Positions 49,914 to 64,000 of a stretch of 64,000 nt of DNA are shown here, piece after piece. The stretch is from Octopus sinensis. Lineage: Eukaryota. A program made the position numbers and the translations under genes. The notes beneath the pieces are model-generated. The model did no database searches. It was not told where the DNA came from and was given only the letters and a program-made list of their open reading frames with translations. Position 1 is the first letter of the stretch; each line of letters begins with the position of its first letter. The stretch spans positions 67,704,001 to 67,768,000 of the forward strand of contig NC_042999.1 of NCBI RefSeq assembly GCF_006345805.1, in the 5' to 3' direction.

Positions 49914-52731
49914 AATAATCCTTTCTACCGTAAGGAGAAGGCCTGAAATTTTGGTGGAGGGGACAAGTCGATTACGTGAACCCCAGTGTTTCATTGGTAC
50001 TTAATTTATCGACCCCAAAAGAATGAGAGTCAACCTCAGTGGAGTTTGAACTCAGAATGTGCAGATGAACGAAATGCCGCTAAGCATTTTGCTCGGTGTG
50101 CTAATGATTTTGAAGAATAATGTCATACACAATGACAGAAGAATTAAGTCATGATTTTGGTAGTTGCTATTGTTCCATGTCAAATGACCGAAGACTATGC
50201 AGTAGGTGGGGATAAGGGGAAGGTGTGTGACTTGTCTGACCGACCTCCATGACAGCATAGGAAAAAAAAACATGACATGATGTAAAATGGTGACAACATA
50301 CCTGCACCAAGGTAAATGACATCCAACATGGACTTAGACACATGTATGTTATCCACTTTTACATATTTTCAGAAAACCCCACCTAGGGAAAATTTGTCAT
50401 GTTCCATAATGAATCAGACATACAGTCATTAAATAAACTCACCCTTTTCCCTCCGGCTCTCATATGTTGTTTTTACATGAACATTAGGTTTGCTTTCGCT
50501 GAAGTCAATATTTAGCCATAATAATAATAATAATAATTAAAAAAAAACAACTTTACTATGTAATTAATAAGTCTGACTTCAGAATTTTTATGATATAAAG
50601 ATCTCAATAGAAAAAACATCATTCTGTGTGGCATAACTAGTGAAAGCATTTAGTTATATTTATTTACTTACTGCAAATAATTCAATATATTTTAAAGAGA
50701 TAAAAATGAAGCTGTCAGACATAAACCACCACTGCCGCCACCACCACTATTATTTTTTTGATTTATTTCTGTGAAATATTTTCTTCAGAGAATTTTTCTG
50801 TTTATTTTTCTATTAATTTAAACATGTTTCTTTGACAATTCACGCAGGTCTGTTGTGTATATATATATATCGATGTCTATATCTATATCGACATCTGCTT
50901 CTGATTCAATGTAATCACACTGTTATTGTAATCTTATTCTATTGTGTTATAGTGATGTAGGCCATGATATGAACTCTATAAGCATCATTATTATTATTAT
51001 TATTATTATTTTATTATCATAACAGCAAGTTGGTAGAATTGCTAGCATTTCGTTTATCTTTAGGTCTTGAGTTCAAATTCTACCAAAGTTGACTTGTCTT
51101 TCAGGGTCAATAAAATAAGTACTCATTGAATACTGGAGGTCAATCTAATTAACAGTTCTGCAAAAGAAACTAATAAAATAAGTACCACAGCCAAACTTGC
51201 TATCCATCCTTCCAAGGTCAATAAAATAAAGTACCAGTCATGTACTAGGGCTTATATAAATTGACTATTTGCACCTGCTCAAATTCCAGGCCTTGCATTT
51301 ATGTTAGAAACAATCACCATAAACAGCAATGAACTGGTTGAATCATTACAGAAGCAGACAAAATTCCTTGCAGTATATATTTTGTCTCTTTACATTCTGA
51401 GTTCAAATCCCACTGAAGTCAACTTTATCTTTTTTCTCTCTACGCTCTCTTTTACTTGTTTTTGTCATTTGACTGCGGCCATGCTGGAGCACTGCCTTTT
51501 GTCGAGCAAAGTGACCCCAGGACTTATTCTTTGTAAGCCTAGCACTTATTCTATCGGTCTCTTTTGCCAAACCGCTAAGTTACAGCGACGTAAACACACC
51601 AGCATCAGTTGTCAAGCAATGTTGGGGGCACAAACACAGACACACAAACGTATACATACACACACACACATATATATATATATATACATATATATGATGC
51701 GCTTCTTTCAGTTTCCGCCCACTAAATCCACTCACAAGGCTTTGGTCGGACCAAGGCTACAGTAGAAGACACTTGTCCAAGGTGCCATGCAGTGGGACTG
51801 AACCCGGAACCATGTGGTTGGTAAGCAAGCTACTTACCACACACACATACATATACATATATACGACGGGCTTCTTTCAGTTTCTGTCTACCAAATCCAC
51901 TCACATAAATGCGTGTGAGCAGGAGAGAGAGAGAGAGAGAGTATTTCTTTATTCACCATAGGGTTGAGAAATAGAGGGGACGATACAAGGACAGACAAAA
52001 CAAACATTGGGGTCAGGGTATCGAATGAGACGAAACGTATGAATAAACAAACAGTTAAAATATATACAATTAAATGAGAATGAGTGATTTACAAAAAAAT
52101 GAAGCGGAGGACGTGGTTGACCCTACAAACCACATACTCACACTGAAGACTTTGCTTTCTCCTTTATTATATTCTCATTTAAACATGTTTTTTCACTCGC
52201 ATCATACTTGCTATATACTTCCATCTTTTACGAAACACACTTTGCAACAGGCATTTCTTCTCCAGCCTTATTTTCCGTTTCATGTGGAAAACGAAAAAGT
52301 CGATTAGCTTGAGACTGGAGATGAACATGCCCGTTGCAATTCCTTTCACTCTAAGTGAAATGAAGGGAGAAAGAGGTGGGTTAGTCGGAAAGGGAAGAGT
52401 ATTACCTGAGAAAATATAATCGTTCAAAGGCTGTCATAGTTTGTTTATATATCTGAAGGTATCAGTATTTCTATCAACCTGTATGTGTACACATATTTAC
52501 ACCTGGATTTTTTCAATTATCAGTGTATGTGCATGCAGTTTGTAATGGCTGTGTCTGTTACATCTAACACATTCGGCTAATATGCATAAATATATGAACC
52601 ATACATGCATCATTATACAAACAAACAAAAAATTCCATATATCACACATACACACACACACATATATATATATATACACACACACACATATATACAGACA
52701 TATGCACAGACATATACACATACATACACAG

Positions 52732-52762
<31 letters not shown>

Positions 52763-55700
52763 CACACACACAACACACACATATATATATACATACAGAC
52801 AGACAGACACATACACATATATATATATACTTACATATACACATATACATGCATATGCACATATATACATACATACAGAAACACACACACACATATATAT
52901 ATACATATATATTTATACATACATGCATACATGCACACATACACATATAATACATATATTTAGTATTTTAAAGATCTCTTTTATACATAATGGTCTTTTA
53001 AATAGTATATATTATGAGTGTGAGTATGTGTGTATGTATAGATATATGTCTGTGTGTGTATAGAATTTTATAGAAACTGAAGAACTTCACAATCTGTTAC
53101 TCAGAGTTACTCTTTATTTGATACTATGAGAACATTAGCAGAAAAATCCAGTGTGTATGTTCCCATTTCCAGCTGTTTCAACTGTGTGTGTGTGTGAGTC
53201 TGCATGTGTGTGTTGTTTTCTTTTGTAGTGGATTATTAAAATGTATGTAAATTTAAAGTAGTAAAACCAAAAAAAAAAAAATTTAAATTAAAAAATTTTG
53301 TTTTTCTGTTCCAAGAAATTTAAACATTATTTTAAATAAAATAACATTTATGGAGAATTTTTCCAATTCTTATTCAAAAATTGCCATTAACTAAGTCTTT
53401 TATTACCTGGTCAATACTGGTTGAGCATTGGATAAATTGCTTTGCGATACTTTGTTCTGGCTTTTTACATACTGAGTTCAAATCCTATCAAAACCAACTT
53501 CACTTTTCATCTCTCTGGGGATGATGAAGTAATGTGTCAGTGAAACACTGGGGTTAATGGTATCATTTGACCAAGTCCCCACAAATTTCAGCCCTTGTGT
53601 CAGAAACTTGGGAGAGGAAGTTAATCAATACTATAAAATTTCTTTATAGTATCTCCTCTGGTTCTTTATATTCTGGGTTCAAATTTAGCCAAGGACAAAT
53701 TTGCTTTACATCCTTCCACAGTTGATAAAAGCACCAGTCAAGTACTGGACTTGATGTAATTGTCTGACTCCCTTCTCTCAAAATTCTGATGCTTGTGCTT
53801 AAATTGGACGCTATTACAAAAATGGTAAGTAAGCAGAACCATTAGCATTCTTTATGTCCTGACTTCAAATCATGTTGAGGTCAACATTGCATTTTATGTC
53901 TCTAGGGTCAATAAAATAAACTACCAGCCTAGTACTGGAGGCAAAGGTGTATGGCCTAATGGTTAGGTTGCTGTTCTCATGATTTCAGGATTGTGATTTC
54001 AATTCCTGGATCAGGTACTGCATTGTGTTCTTGAGCAAAACAGTTCATGCTCCACCTTTAGTCAAGCAAATCGACCCCAGGACTTATTCTTTGTAAGCCT
54101 AGTACTTATTCTATCAGTCTCTTTTGCCGAACCACTAAGATACGGGGACGTAAACACACCAGCGATGTTGGGGGGGAGACAAACACAGACACACAAACAC
54201 ACACATACAGTTTCTGTTTACCAAATCCACTCACAAGGCTTTGGTCGGACCGAGGCTATAGTAGAAGACACGTGTCCAAGGTGCCACGCAGAGGGACTGA
54301 ACCCGGAACCATGTGGTTGGTAAGCAAGCTACTTACCACACAGCCATTCCTACATTAAAATACAGTAAATAATAATTTGTATTATTTACTTCTATCAGTT
54401 TGTATTTCTGAGTTCCCTTCCAGGGCTCATGAAACAAAGAACCAGTCAATTAGACAAATGCAACCATGATTTGCAATCATGTGGCTGTGCTTGAATGTCC
54501 ACTGTAATTGTGTCAATGGTAAAAATCATTATAATGATTGTTGTTGTTGTTGTAGTAGTTTAGTCCAAGATCAATGTAGACTGAGCAGACCTATGATCAA
54601 AGGCTTTCCAGCCATGACTGCCATGCCTTTTTTCTATGCAGAATCCAAGATCATATTATAAAAATATGCTTTTCAAGATGCAAGGGTGTATGAAGTAAAG
54701 GAGATTTAGTCATAAATGCTCCCTCATTAACTTGAAATTATAATTGTAATCACATGCTGGTGGCATGTGAAACATTCAAGCGAGGTCATCGCCAGTGCCG
54801 CTGGACTGACTCCTGTGCAGGTGGCATGTAAAAAGCACCATTTGGGCATGGCCTTTGCCAGTTCCACCAAACTGGCCTTCAGGCCGGTGGCACGTAAAAG
54901 CACCCACTACACTCTTGGAGTGGTTGGCGTTAGGAAGGGCATCCAGCTGTAGAAACTCTGCCAGATCAAATTGGAGTCTGGTTCGTCAGACCTCAGTCAA
55001 ATCGCCCAACCCATGCTAGCATGGAAAGCGGACGTTAAATGATGATGATGATTAAGGTTTGCAAATGGCAGAATCACTAGAGTCCAATAGAAGTCACTTT
55101 AGTTTCGAGCATGTAGATACATACTCTTACATTCTGAGTTCAAATCTTGCCAAAGTCAACTTTACCTTTTTACCCAATCTGGATTTTTGAAATAAAGTAC
55201 TAGTTATTTACTGTTGGTACAGGCATGTAACCTGGTGGTTAGGGTGTTGCACTCTTTGTCATAAGAGCATGGTTTCAATTCCTGAACTGGGTGGTATGTT
55301 GCATTCTTGAGCAAAGCACTCCATATTATGTTGCTCCACTTCTCCATAAATGAGACTGAGCCATAATGGCTTGGAAGTTAACCCTGTGATGGACCAGCAT
55401 CTCATTCAGTCAGGGAGCATTGTAATCTTAGTCCCTTAAATGACATGGAAACTGGATTAAGGTCCAGCCTTCTAAGTATAAGGGGTCAAGACAGTCTCTA
55501 ACCTATGTACTATGGGTGATGAATACTACGTAATTGTAATACCATACATGTGACAATGTTAGAGATCCTTAATATCATAACTTAATATATTATAATTAGA
55601 TATTTAACCCTAGGTTAGCTGTGATGGTCCAGTCATGACCATCTTGTCTTTTTCTAAAGATTGTAAGCTGTGTGATTTGAGGAGATTTGATTGCTATTTC

Positions 55701-55974
55701 TAGCAAAGTGAGTGGTTACATATAAGCTCCTGCTTTGGCTCATACATATTAGGTATTGTTACTACCCAGTAGTTTTTGTTTTAACTTTTATCTTTTACTT
55801 GTTTCAATCATTGGACTGTGGCCATGCTGAGGCACCACCACAAAGGGCTTAGTTGAACAAATCAACCTCAATACTTACTCTTTCAGTTTCCTTTGCCAAA
55901 ATGCTATCTTATGGGGATGTAAACAAACCAAGACCAGTTGTCAAGTGGTGGAAGGAACAAATACAAAGACACGT

Positions 55975-56019
<45 letters not shown>

Positions 56020-56299
56020 TGATGGGTTTCACAGTGTCCATCTGCCAAATTCACTCACAAGGCTTTGGTCAGCCCAGGGCTATAGTAGAAAATGCTTGCC
56101 CAAGGTGCTGTGTAATGGGACTGAACCTAAAGCAACGTGGTTGCAAAGCAGGCTTCTCAAACCCACAGCTTTATGTCTTTATGCTTCCTTAAGTGAAGAT
56201 GCAGTTGTCAATTAGTTGTATAAAAAAAAAATGAAGCTTAAAACCCGGGGGCAAAATGTCAACATTTTCAGTGTACTTGTATAAGATCTGACTGAAAGG

Positions 56300-56635
56300 A
56301 CCCCCTTCAGTCATGAATCACCATGGGATTACACCTAGAAAGTTCCCCTCTGAGGCACAAGTGCAGGTAAGGTTGTTTATAGAAGACCAACAGTCGCCCA
56401 TACATACCAGCCTCTCCTCTCCACGCCACCGATGTTATCCCAGGGAAAGGCAAAGGGGCCGATACAGCTTGGCATCAGTGATGTCGCAACTCCTTTTGAT
56501 TGCTGAGTGAATTGGAGCAACGTGAAATAAAGTGTCTTGCTTAAGAACACAACACACAGCTCAGTCCAGAAATCAAACTCACTACCTCATGATTGCGAGT
56601 CCATCGCTTTAACCACTGAGCCATGCACCTTCATT
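56300..56635 (-). mobile_element. tRNA-headed SINE family F
   Basis: Shares gaccatgggattgcacctagaaag...gctctaaccactgagccat with 37945-38280 and about 5860-6065. Confidence 0.7.
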
Positions 56636-59600
56636 GCGAGACTGATGCTCTAACTGAATTGTATCAAACTAATGAAAAAGAAAAAGCACAAAAAAAAAAA
56701 AATGCCACCTTGGAGCACAAGGAAAATGGAAATGCATTTTAGTGTACAATTACAGATTGAATCAAACTGGAGAAAAAAACCCCTTTAAAATACAAGCAAA
56801 ATATGAAAACAATTCATTGTATTTGTATCATATTTGATGGCATATAAAATGCACTTTTTAAAAAAAAAGTCTCAAAGGAAAAAAAAAAACCCCACCCAGG
56901 GTCTTATATTTGAAGCCGGGCTTTCCCTAAGCTAGTTTTTTCCCCACCTGATGCTGTAATCAATGTAGGATATTTTCACTCTTGTGATCCTTTGTTTTAT
57001 GTTCATTTGCACTGCTGCCTTTTTATACATAGTAATGCTTTCTGTTATGGCTAAGATTCTTTTGTAATGTTTTTCAATATATTGCTGGATTACTTTAGGT
57101 ATTACATGCACTAATGCACTAAAATGTTTTTTTTCCTTGAATACATGCGGCTGAAATTAGCGTGTCTGTTATGCCTGTATGATTTTTTTTTTATGCCATC
57201 AAATACTGTAAGGTGATAACCAAACAGACAAATTGAACTGAAAATTGAACTGGGAAGAAAAACAAAAATACAGATGGAATGGAAATTTTTAACAACCTTA
57301 CCAGAATCTCAATAGAAAATAATAGGTCCACAGAAAACAGAAAAATTTATCCATTGGCCATTGGAAAAGGCAATATAAAATCCTTTGGAAACGCACAAAA
57401 ATTATATGTTTATATGTTCGGATGTTGGATATAAATGACAAGTGTGTTGTCTTTGAAATAATAATAATAAATAAATAAATAAATAAATACAGGCTTGCCC
57501 CCTTATATTGACCTCAATACTTGCTGAATCTCTTATTTAAGTATTACGTCAAGACAAAGGAAGTTGGCTTTTCCTGTTTGTTGGTTGGTTGTAACTAAGA
57601 GAGATATGTAACATGTTGGAAGAACAATGGATTCGTTACTGCTACTACTACTACTACTACTACAACTACTACTCTATAAGAGAGTGGCAGAGGAAAATAT
57701 ATATAAATATATATATCAGGAATATGGTAGGAAATTCCTAGTAGATGATGTCAACAAAGAGACTATATTTAGGAGAATGTCAGCTGTCTTGATGCAGAAG
57801 TGGTGTGTTATAAAAACTGAGTTGACCATCAATCCAGTCACTTCCCAAGTATTTGTCATTTTCATATACACCACGAAATTCTGGTTTACCAAAACAACCA
57901 CTGGTATCTGGTTTACCAAACCAATGACCATCATTTCGACTCATGCCATGGCATTATATATTACAACTCGATGCAACCCCCAAAAACTGGTTCACTGATC
58001 AACATCATTAGACTGTGGCTGGCATAATGAAATCGGAGTTTTATTTGCTTATTTCAAAACATTTCCGGCAAACAAATTTAAAAGATATATATATCATCAT
58101 CATTGTTTAACGTCCGTTTTCCATGCTGGGTTGGACAGTTCGACCGGGGTCTGGGAAGCCAGGTGGCTGCACCAGGCTCCAGTCTGATCTGGCAGTATTT
58201 CTACAGCTGGATGCCCTTCCTAACGCCAACCACTCTGTGAGTGTAGTGGGTGCTTTTTACGTGCCACCGACACAGGTGCCAGGGTAGCATGGCAACGGCC
58301 ACGATTGGTTGGTGCTTTTTACGTACTACTGGCACGGAAGCCAGTCAAGGTGGCGCTGGCATTGGCCACGTATGGATGGTGATTTTTAGGTGCCACCGGC
58401 ACAGGTGTCAGGGTAGGCTGGCAACTGCCACGAATGGTTGGTGCTTTTTACGTGCAAATGTACATGGTCAAAATACAAATATGTCAAATTCTCCATAGCT
58501 TGAAATATTACGAACTGCCTAAATTGATTTCTGTCTTCTTCTTGTTGGGGGTTGGAAATTATTAAGGTGTTTACATCACTTGACCAATCCCAGAGAAATA
58601 AGTCACCAATCCATTTATGTACACATCAAATCTAATGCCTCCAGGGGATTGCAGCTACAAACTTACATACTATAAGGGTTTAGCACATTGCTTAATAATC
58701 AGAGACCTGTCAACACATTGCATACATACATACATACATACACTACATACACATATACGTACACTACACACACACATGCATTACATATATCATCATCATC
58801 ATCATAATCATCATCATCATCGTTTAACGTCCGTTTTCCATGCTAGCATGAGTTGGACGGTTTGACCAGGGTCTGGGAAGCCAGGCTTCAATCTGATCTA
58901 GCAGTGTTTCTATGGCTGGATGCCCTTCCTAACACCAACCACTCTGTGAGTGTAGTGGGTGCTTTTTACATGCCACCGGCACAGGGGCTGGAGGAGGCTG
59001 GCAAACAGCCACAATTGGTTGGTGCTTTTTATGTGTCACCGACACAGACGCCAGTCAGACGGTGCTGGCATCAGCAACGTTCGGATGGTGCTTTTAACGT
59101 GCCACCGGTACGGGTATCATAACTACTATTTCCATTTGATTTTTATTTTGATGTTGGTGTTTACGTACTTGACTCAATAGGTCTCCTCAAGCACAATGGG
59201 TCACTCTACGATCCAAGGTTAGCACAGCAGGCCATCCTGCGAGCCATGAACTCACTTCATTTGTCGGGTATATATGTTTGTATATAAACCCAAATGACAA
59301 GAGTCTTCTGTTTTGCGGTACTTGTTCTATCTCTCTGCATTCTGATTTCGAATATTGCCAAGGTAAACTTAGTCTTCCATCCTTTATTTTATCTGGTGGG
59401 TGTTGGTAGGGGATAGGTCACAAACCCCCCCACCCCCCAAAAAACCAGTTGGCAAGGACATGATGCTTCATGGTTCTTTGTTTTCTGACAGCAATTCCTG
59501 CAATGACACTGATGCCAAGCCGCATCAGCTTTTCAGGAAAGTGTTTGTCTTGGATAATTCTGGTGGTACAGAGAAGAGAAACTTACATGCATGGTCAAAC

Positions 59601-62600
59601 GCTAATCTTTTATAAAAAGTGTTGCTCAGGTTACATTCATCTTTTTTGGCTGTGTGTCAGTCTGTCTATCTAATTACTTTTTCCTTGTTGTGCATTGTGA
59701 GGCAGGACCATCATGAGCTACAAGGCACTGTAGGACTCTTTTTATCCAAGCTTACATAGTAAAGCAGAAGCTGTTTGTCACACACACACATGTGCATACA
59801 AATACTCATATACACACAAACTTGCATACACACACACACAGAGGAACAGGGAAAATGGGTCAAGCCTAAGTATACATACAATGACAAAACTCAGTAGATC
59901 CAGTTTAAGTATGGAGTGATAGACTTGTAGTAATGAGAGGAGGTCCTTGATAAGGTGGTATATAACAACAAGAAAAAAAAACCTCAAGACAATTCAAATG
60001 ATTAGCTAATTGATTAAATTAGTCAACTAGTTGACCAATAATTGCTTCTAATTTATGTACAAGGCCAGCAGTTTTGAAGAGGTCATATGATGAAAACAAC
60101 TCTGGTAATTGATGACTACTAGATTTCATTGACTCTGGAGAGATGAAAAGCAAAGCTGATCCTGACATGATTTGAACTCAGTATGTAAAGAGTTGAACCA
60201 AATGCTCCAAAGCAGTTTTTTCTTATGTTATAATGCTTCTGCCATTCCATTACCCTAACTTGTTGACTACTAATTATGGATTCAAATTTTGACACAAAGA
60301 CCAGCAATTCTAGAAGAGGGACATAATCACTTACATTGTCCTCAGTAGTGCTCAAATGGTACTTATTAACCATGAAAAGATAAAAGACAAGATTGACCCT
60401 GGAGGAATTTGAATTCAGAAAGTTGAAAATCAGAGGAATTACTAAGAATTTTATATAATACACCAACAATTCTTCTAACTTAACACCTTTACACCAAGAG
60501 CAACAATGATAATAAACCAAGGCATTAAATTTTTTGGGGAGGGGACATGTTGATTATATCAACCCCAGTGTTTCACTGGTAATTTAAAGACCCCAAAAGG
60601 CTGAAAGGCAAAGTCAACCTTGGCGGAACTTGAACTCAGAACATGACAGGCAAAATACTGCTAAGCATTTCGTCCAGTATGTTAACAGTTCTGCCAGCTT
60701 GTCACCTCAATAATAATAATCCTTTCTATTGTAGGCACAGGGCCTGAAATTTGGAGAAGGGGACACTCAATTTCATTGATCCCAGTATTTCACTGGTACT
60801 TGATTTATCAACACTGAAAGAATGAAAGGAAAAGTTGCCCTCGGCAAAATTTGAACTCAGAACATAAAGACAGACAAAATGTCGCTAAACATTTTTCCCG
60901 GCATGCTAACAATTCTGCCTGCTCACTACCTTAATAATAATAATAATAGTAATAATAATAATAACAATAATAGTAATAATAATAATTATTATTATTATTA
61001 TTATTGAGTGAGAGGGCAGTGCATGCTAGCAAAGTGACACTGGGGTAAAATATACGAAGCCCAGTAAACCCATCGTGACTACCTGTCTGATAAAGGTACA
61101 TCAGGCACATGCATCACAACCATATGTACATGACATGGTGATATCATATCAAGATAAATAGTGCATGACCTGTGTGGCACCTTGGGCAAGTGTCTTCTAC
61201 TATAGCATCAGGCCGACCAAAGCCTTGTGAGTGGATTTGGTAGATGGAAACTGAAAGAAGCCCCTTGTATATATGTATGCGTGTGTATATGTTTGTGTCT
61301 CTGTGTTTGTCCCACCAACATTGCTTGGCAACTGATGGTGGTGTGTTTATGTCCCTGTAACTTAGCAGTTTGGCAAAAGTGACTGATTGAAATAAGTACT
61401 AGGCTTCCAAAGAATGAGTCCTGGGGTCGATTTGCTCGACTAAAGGTGGTGCTCCAGCATGGCCATAGTCATATGACTGAAACAAGTAAAAGAGTAAAAG
61501 AATATATATATATATATATTTCCTGGATGGGATGCTTGTCCATCACAGAATTACTCATTTTTAGACTGCTGAATGGATTGGAAGAATGTGTAATGAGCAC
61601 AAGAACACAATGCATTGCCTGGTCCAGGAATTGAAACAACAATCTTATGATCATGAGTCCAACACCCTAACCACTAAGCCATGCTCCTCCACACTTGACC
61701 AAACTGCTGCACCATGAGATTGAACCGAGGGCTAGGTGGTTATGAAGCAAACTTCTTAACTAAAAGCTATAGCTGCATCATTTTAAATATGAAAAGAACT
61801 TAAAATGTTGACATTTTTATAATCCATTTGATAAATGGCATTGAAAGATTGAAAACAATTTTGTTTCTCTGTGAAGAATGGAATTTAATTAATATCAATA
61901 AATCGGGAAGGAATTCCAAAAATGGTAATTTCAAAGCAACACACTCCTGTTTAAACCAGGATGGCATTGAAAAAAAAAAAAAAGAAAAAAGAAAAAAAAT
62001 CTATGATGATTTGATGGTTTTGGTGAAGGTGATGGTAAGAGAAGTTAATAATTATTGTGATAATGATAGCTAAAGTGGTGATAATAATGAGGATAATGGG
62101 TTCTGGGAGGATATTTAAAGTGATGATGATGATGATGATGATGATGAATGTAATGGTAGTGGTGATGATGTGGATGATAATGGTGTTTATATTGATGTCA
62201 ACATGATATCTCATATAAATCTTGTGATAACATTCATATCTCTTCCTTTTCCAAGGCCCTTCATTACTTCACATGCCACAATCTATATCTATTTATTTGT
62301 GTGTGTGTGTGTGCGTGTGCGCGTATACATAGACATTAAAGGTGACTAATTACAAGAATGAAGTCCCAGACATCACTCAGAAAATCTGTGCCAAAGTTAG
62401 TTCCCTCCTCCTGTATACTTGAACCGTTTTAAAAGGTTTTATGCCTGTCTAACTCTGAAGACACTGTTTCCACTGTGTATATAAAGCTGGAAAGGGTTTA
62501 CAAAGCAATACAAATCAAAGGTTATAAGTTAAATAGTAAAAATAGAAACAACACGAAAATATGTTTAAAGATTCCTTTTATATTTGTTACATTGAGTGGC

Positions 62601-62859
62601 TTTTATAAAATATTACCAGGTTCAATGTACATGTCCATCTTATCAAATATCAAAAATTCAAAGTCAAAATTAGGAAGTAAAAAAGAATTAGGAAATAAGA
62701 AATAAATTAGAAATTAAAAACAGTTCGTTATCATATTCTGTGTGCAGTTAAGAACGCATCGAATCTAGTAATATTTTACAAAAGTCATTTAATGGAAAAA
62801 ATATAAAACAATCTATAAACATACTTTCGTGCTCCTTCCACCTTTACTTTTTAACTATG

Positions 62860-63083
62860 CAGTAATCCCTTGCCATATCGTGGTTCACCGATCACAGTTT
62901 ATTATTTAAGCTTACACCGATTCATCTGTGGTGTCGTTTTGCATTTATAATAAAATAAATGTATACAAATTATGAAAATAAGTTTTTAAAAATATACAGT
63001 ACAGTACTGTTTCTACTTCGTGGGTTTTCACCTATCATGGGGTGTTTTGGAGTGTAACACCTATGATACTCAAGGGGTTACTG
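62860..63083. mobile_element. Tigger/pogo-like MITE
   Basis: TIRs cagtaatcccttg / caaggggttactg, TA at the right end; CAGTA start typical of pogo-like MITEs. Confidence 0.6.
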
Positions 63084-63127
63084 TATATACATACACACAC
63101 ACATATATATATCACATATATATATAT

Positions 63128-63158
<31 letters not shown>

Positions 63159-63771
63159 CACACACTGAGGACAGGTAGCCACCCAGAAACTCGAGTCTGT
63201 GTGTATCACGTAAAGCTAGAGATGGGAGCGATGACCTCCCCTCGCAAATACTAATCGGTCACAGAATGTGTGTCATTAGACAGCTGGAGGAGATGTCTTC
63301 TTGGGGCTATAAACATCAGTAGCACTGTCCTGTATAGGACACCACAATTAGTTGGCAAATATATGTTACACCATATATATATATATATATATCATCATCA
63401 TCATCATCATCGTTTAACATCCGTTTTCCGCGCTAGCACGGGTTGGACGGTTTCGACCGGGGTCTGGGGAGCTAGGGACTGCCCCAGGCTCCAGTCTAGT
63501 CTGGCAGTGTTTCTACAGCTGGATGCCCTTCCTAACGCCAACCACTCCGCGAGTGTAGTGGGTGTTTTTTACGTGCCACCTGCACAGGTGCCAGAGGGGT
63601 CTGGCATCGGCCACGTTCGGATGGTGCTTTTTATGTGGGGGGGGTGCAGAAATATATAGGGGAGCACCAGTGGGGAGGGGTGGTTCAGAGAAATGATGAC
63701 AGGTTCTAGGCAAGTAGAACGTAGGATATCAAGAGAGGGGTAATGCATGGTGAAATAGCGTATTGAAGGTG

Positions 63772-64000
63772 AGGGCGCGTGGCTTAGTGGTTAGGGCATT
63801 CGGCTCATGATCGTAAGGTTGTGAGTTCGATTCCCGGCGACGCGTTGTGTCCTTGAGCAAGACACTTTATTTCACGTTGCTCCAGTCCACTCAGCTGGCA
63901 AAAATGAGTTGTACTTGTATTTCAAAGGGTCAGCCTTGTCACTCTCTGTGTCACGCTGATTATCCCCGAGAACTACGTTAAGGGTACACGTGTCTGTGGA
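63772..64000 (+). mobile_element. tRNA-derived SINE family E (runs off the window end)
   Basis: agggcgcgtggcttagtggttaggg...gagttcgattcccgg. Other copies at 6480-6720, 13365-13660, 19200-19400, 39362-39612(-), 55225-55480, 61560-61690(-). Confidence 0.8.

Noticed and set aside
52010-52050. GTC..GAC-GAAA-CG-TA half-motif
   Set aside because: No core or helix I upstream.
57627-57998. 123-aa plus-strand ORF as a second gene
   Set aside because: Starts in an (ACT)n run, with no domain or splice support.

Overview
AT-rich, repeat-dense eukaryotic genomic DNA. The SINE families and microsatellite load suggest a coleoid cephalopod such as Octopus (inference). One protein-coding gene is supported, on the minus strand: a PAP2/LPP-family phospholipid phosphatase-related (PLPPR-like) membrane protein. 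Five GT-AG exons (42164-41953, 31471-31312, 14913-14796, 10225-10039, 8265-8208) splice in frame to 241 aa. Catalytic motif C1 is intact (KLMTGRLRP) but C2 is degenerate (PSMN instead of PSGH). The 3' exons and the non-coding first exon were not located. The rest is intronic or upstream DNA filled with SINEs, MITEs (piggyBac-, mariner-, Tigger-like), a deleted mariner, RTE, Gypsy and Penelope fragments, a CpG-decayed tRNA-Asp and simple repeats. Most ORF-track entries are microsatellite artefacts. The most notable observation is five unrelated short repeats, usually in inverted-repeat cassettes, that carry minimal type-I hammerhead-ribozyme-like motifs. They have palindromic helix III and compensatory core variants (C3-G8, U3-A8, G3-C8, plus an A6U family), and several cluster around the first coding exon. 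All folds and alignments were done by eye; repeat boundaries are approximate.
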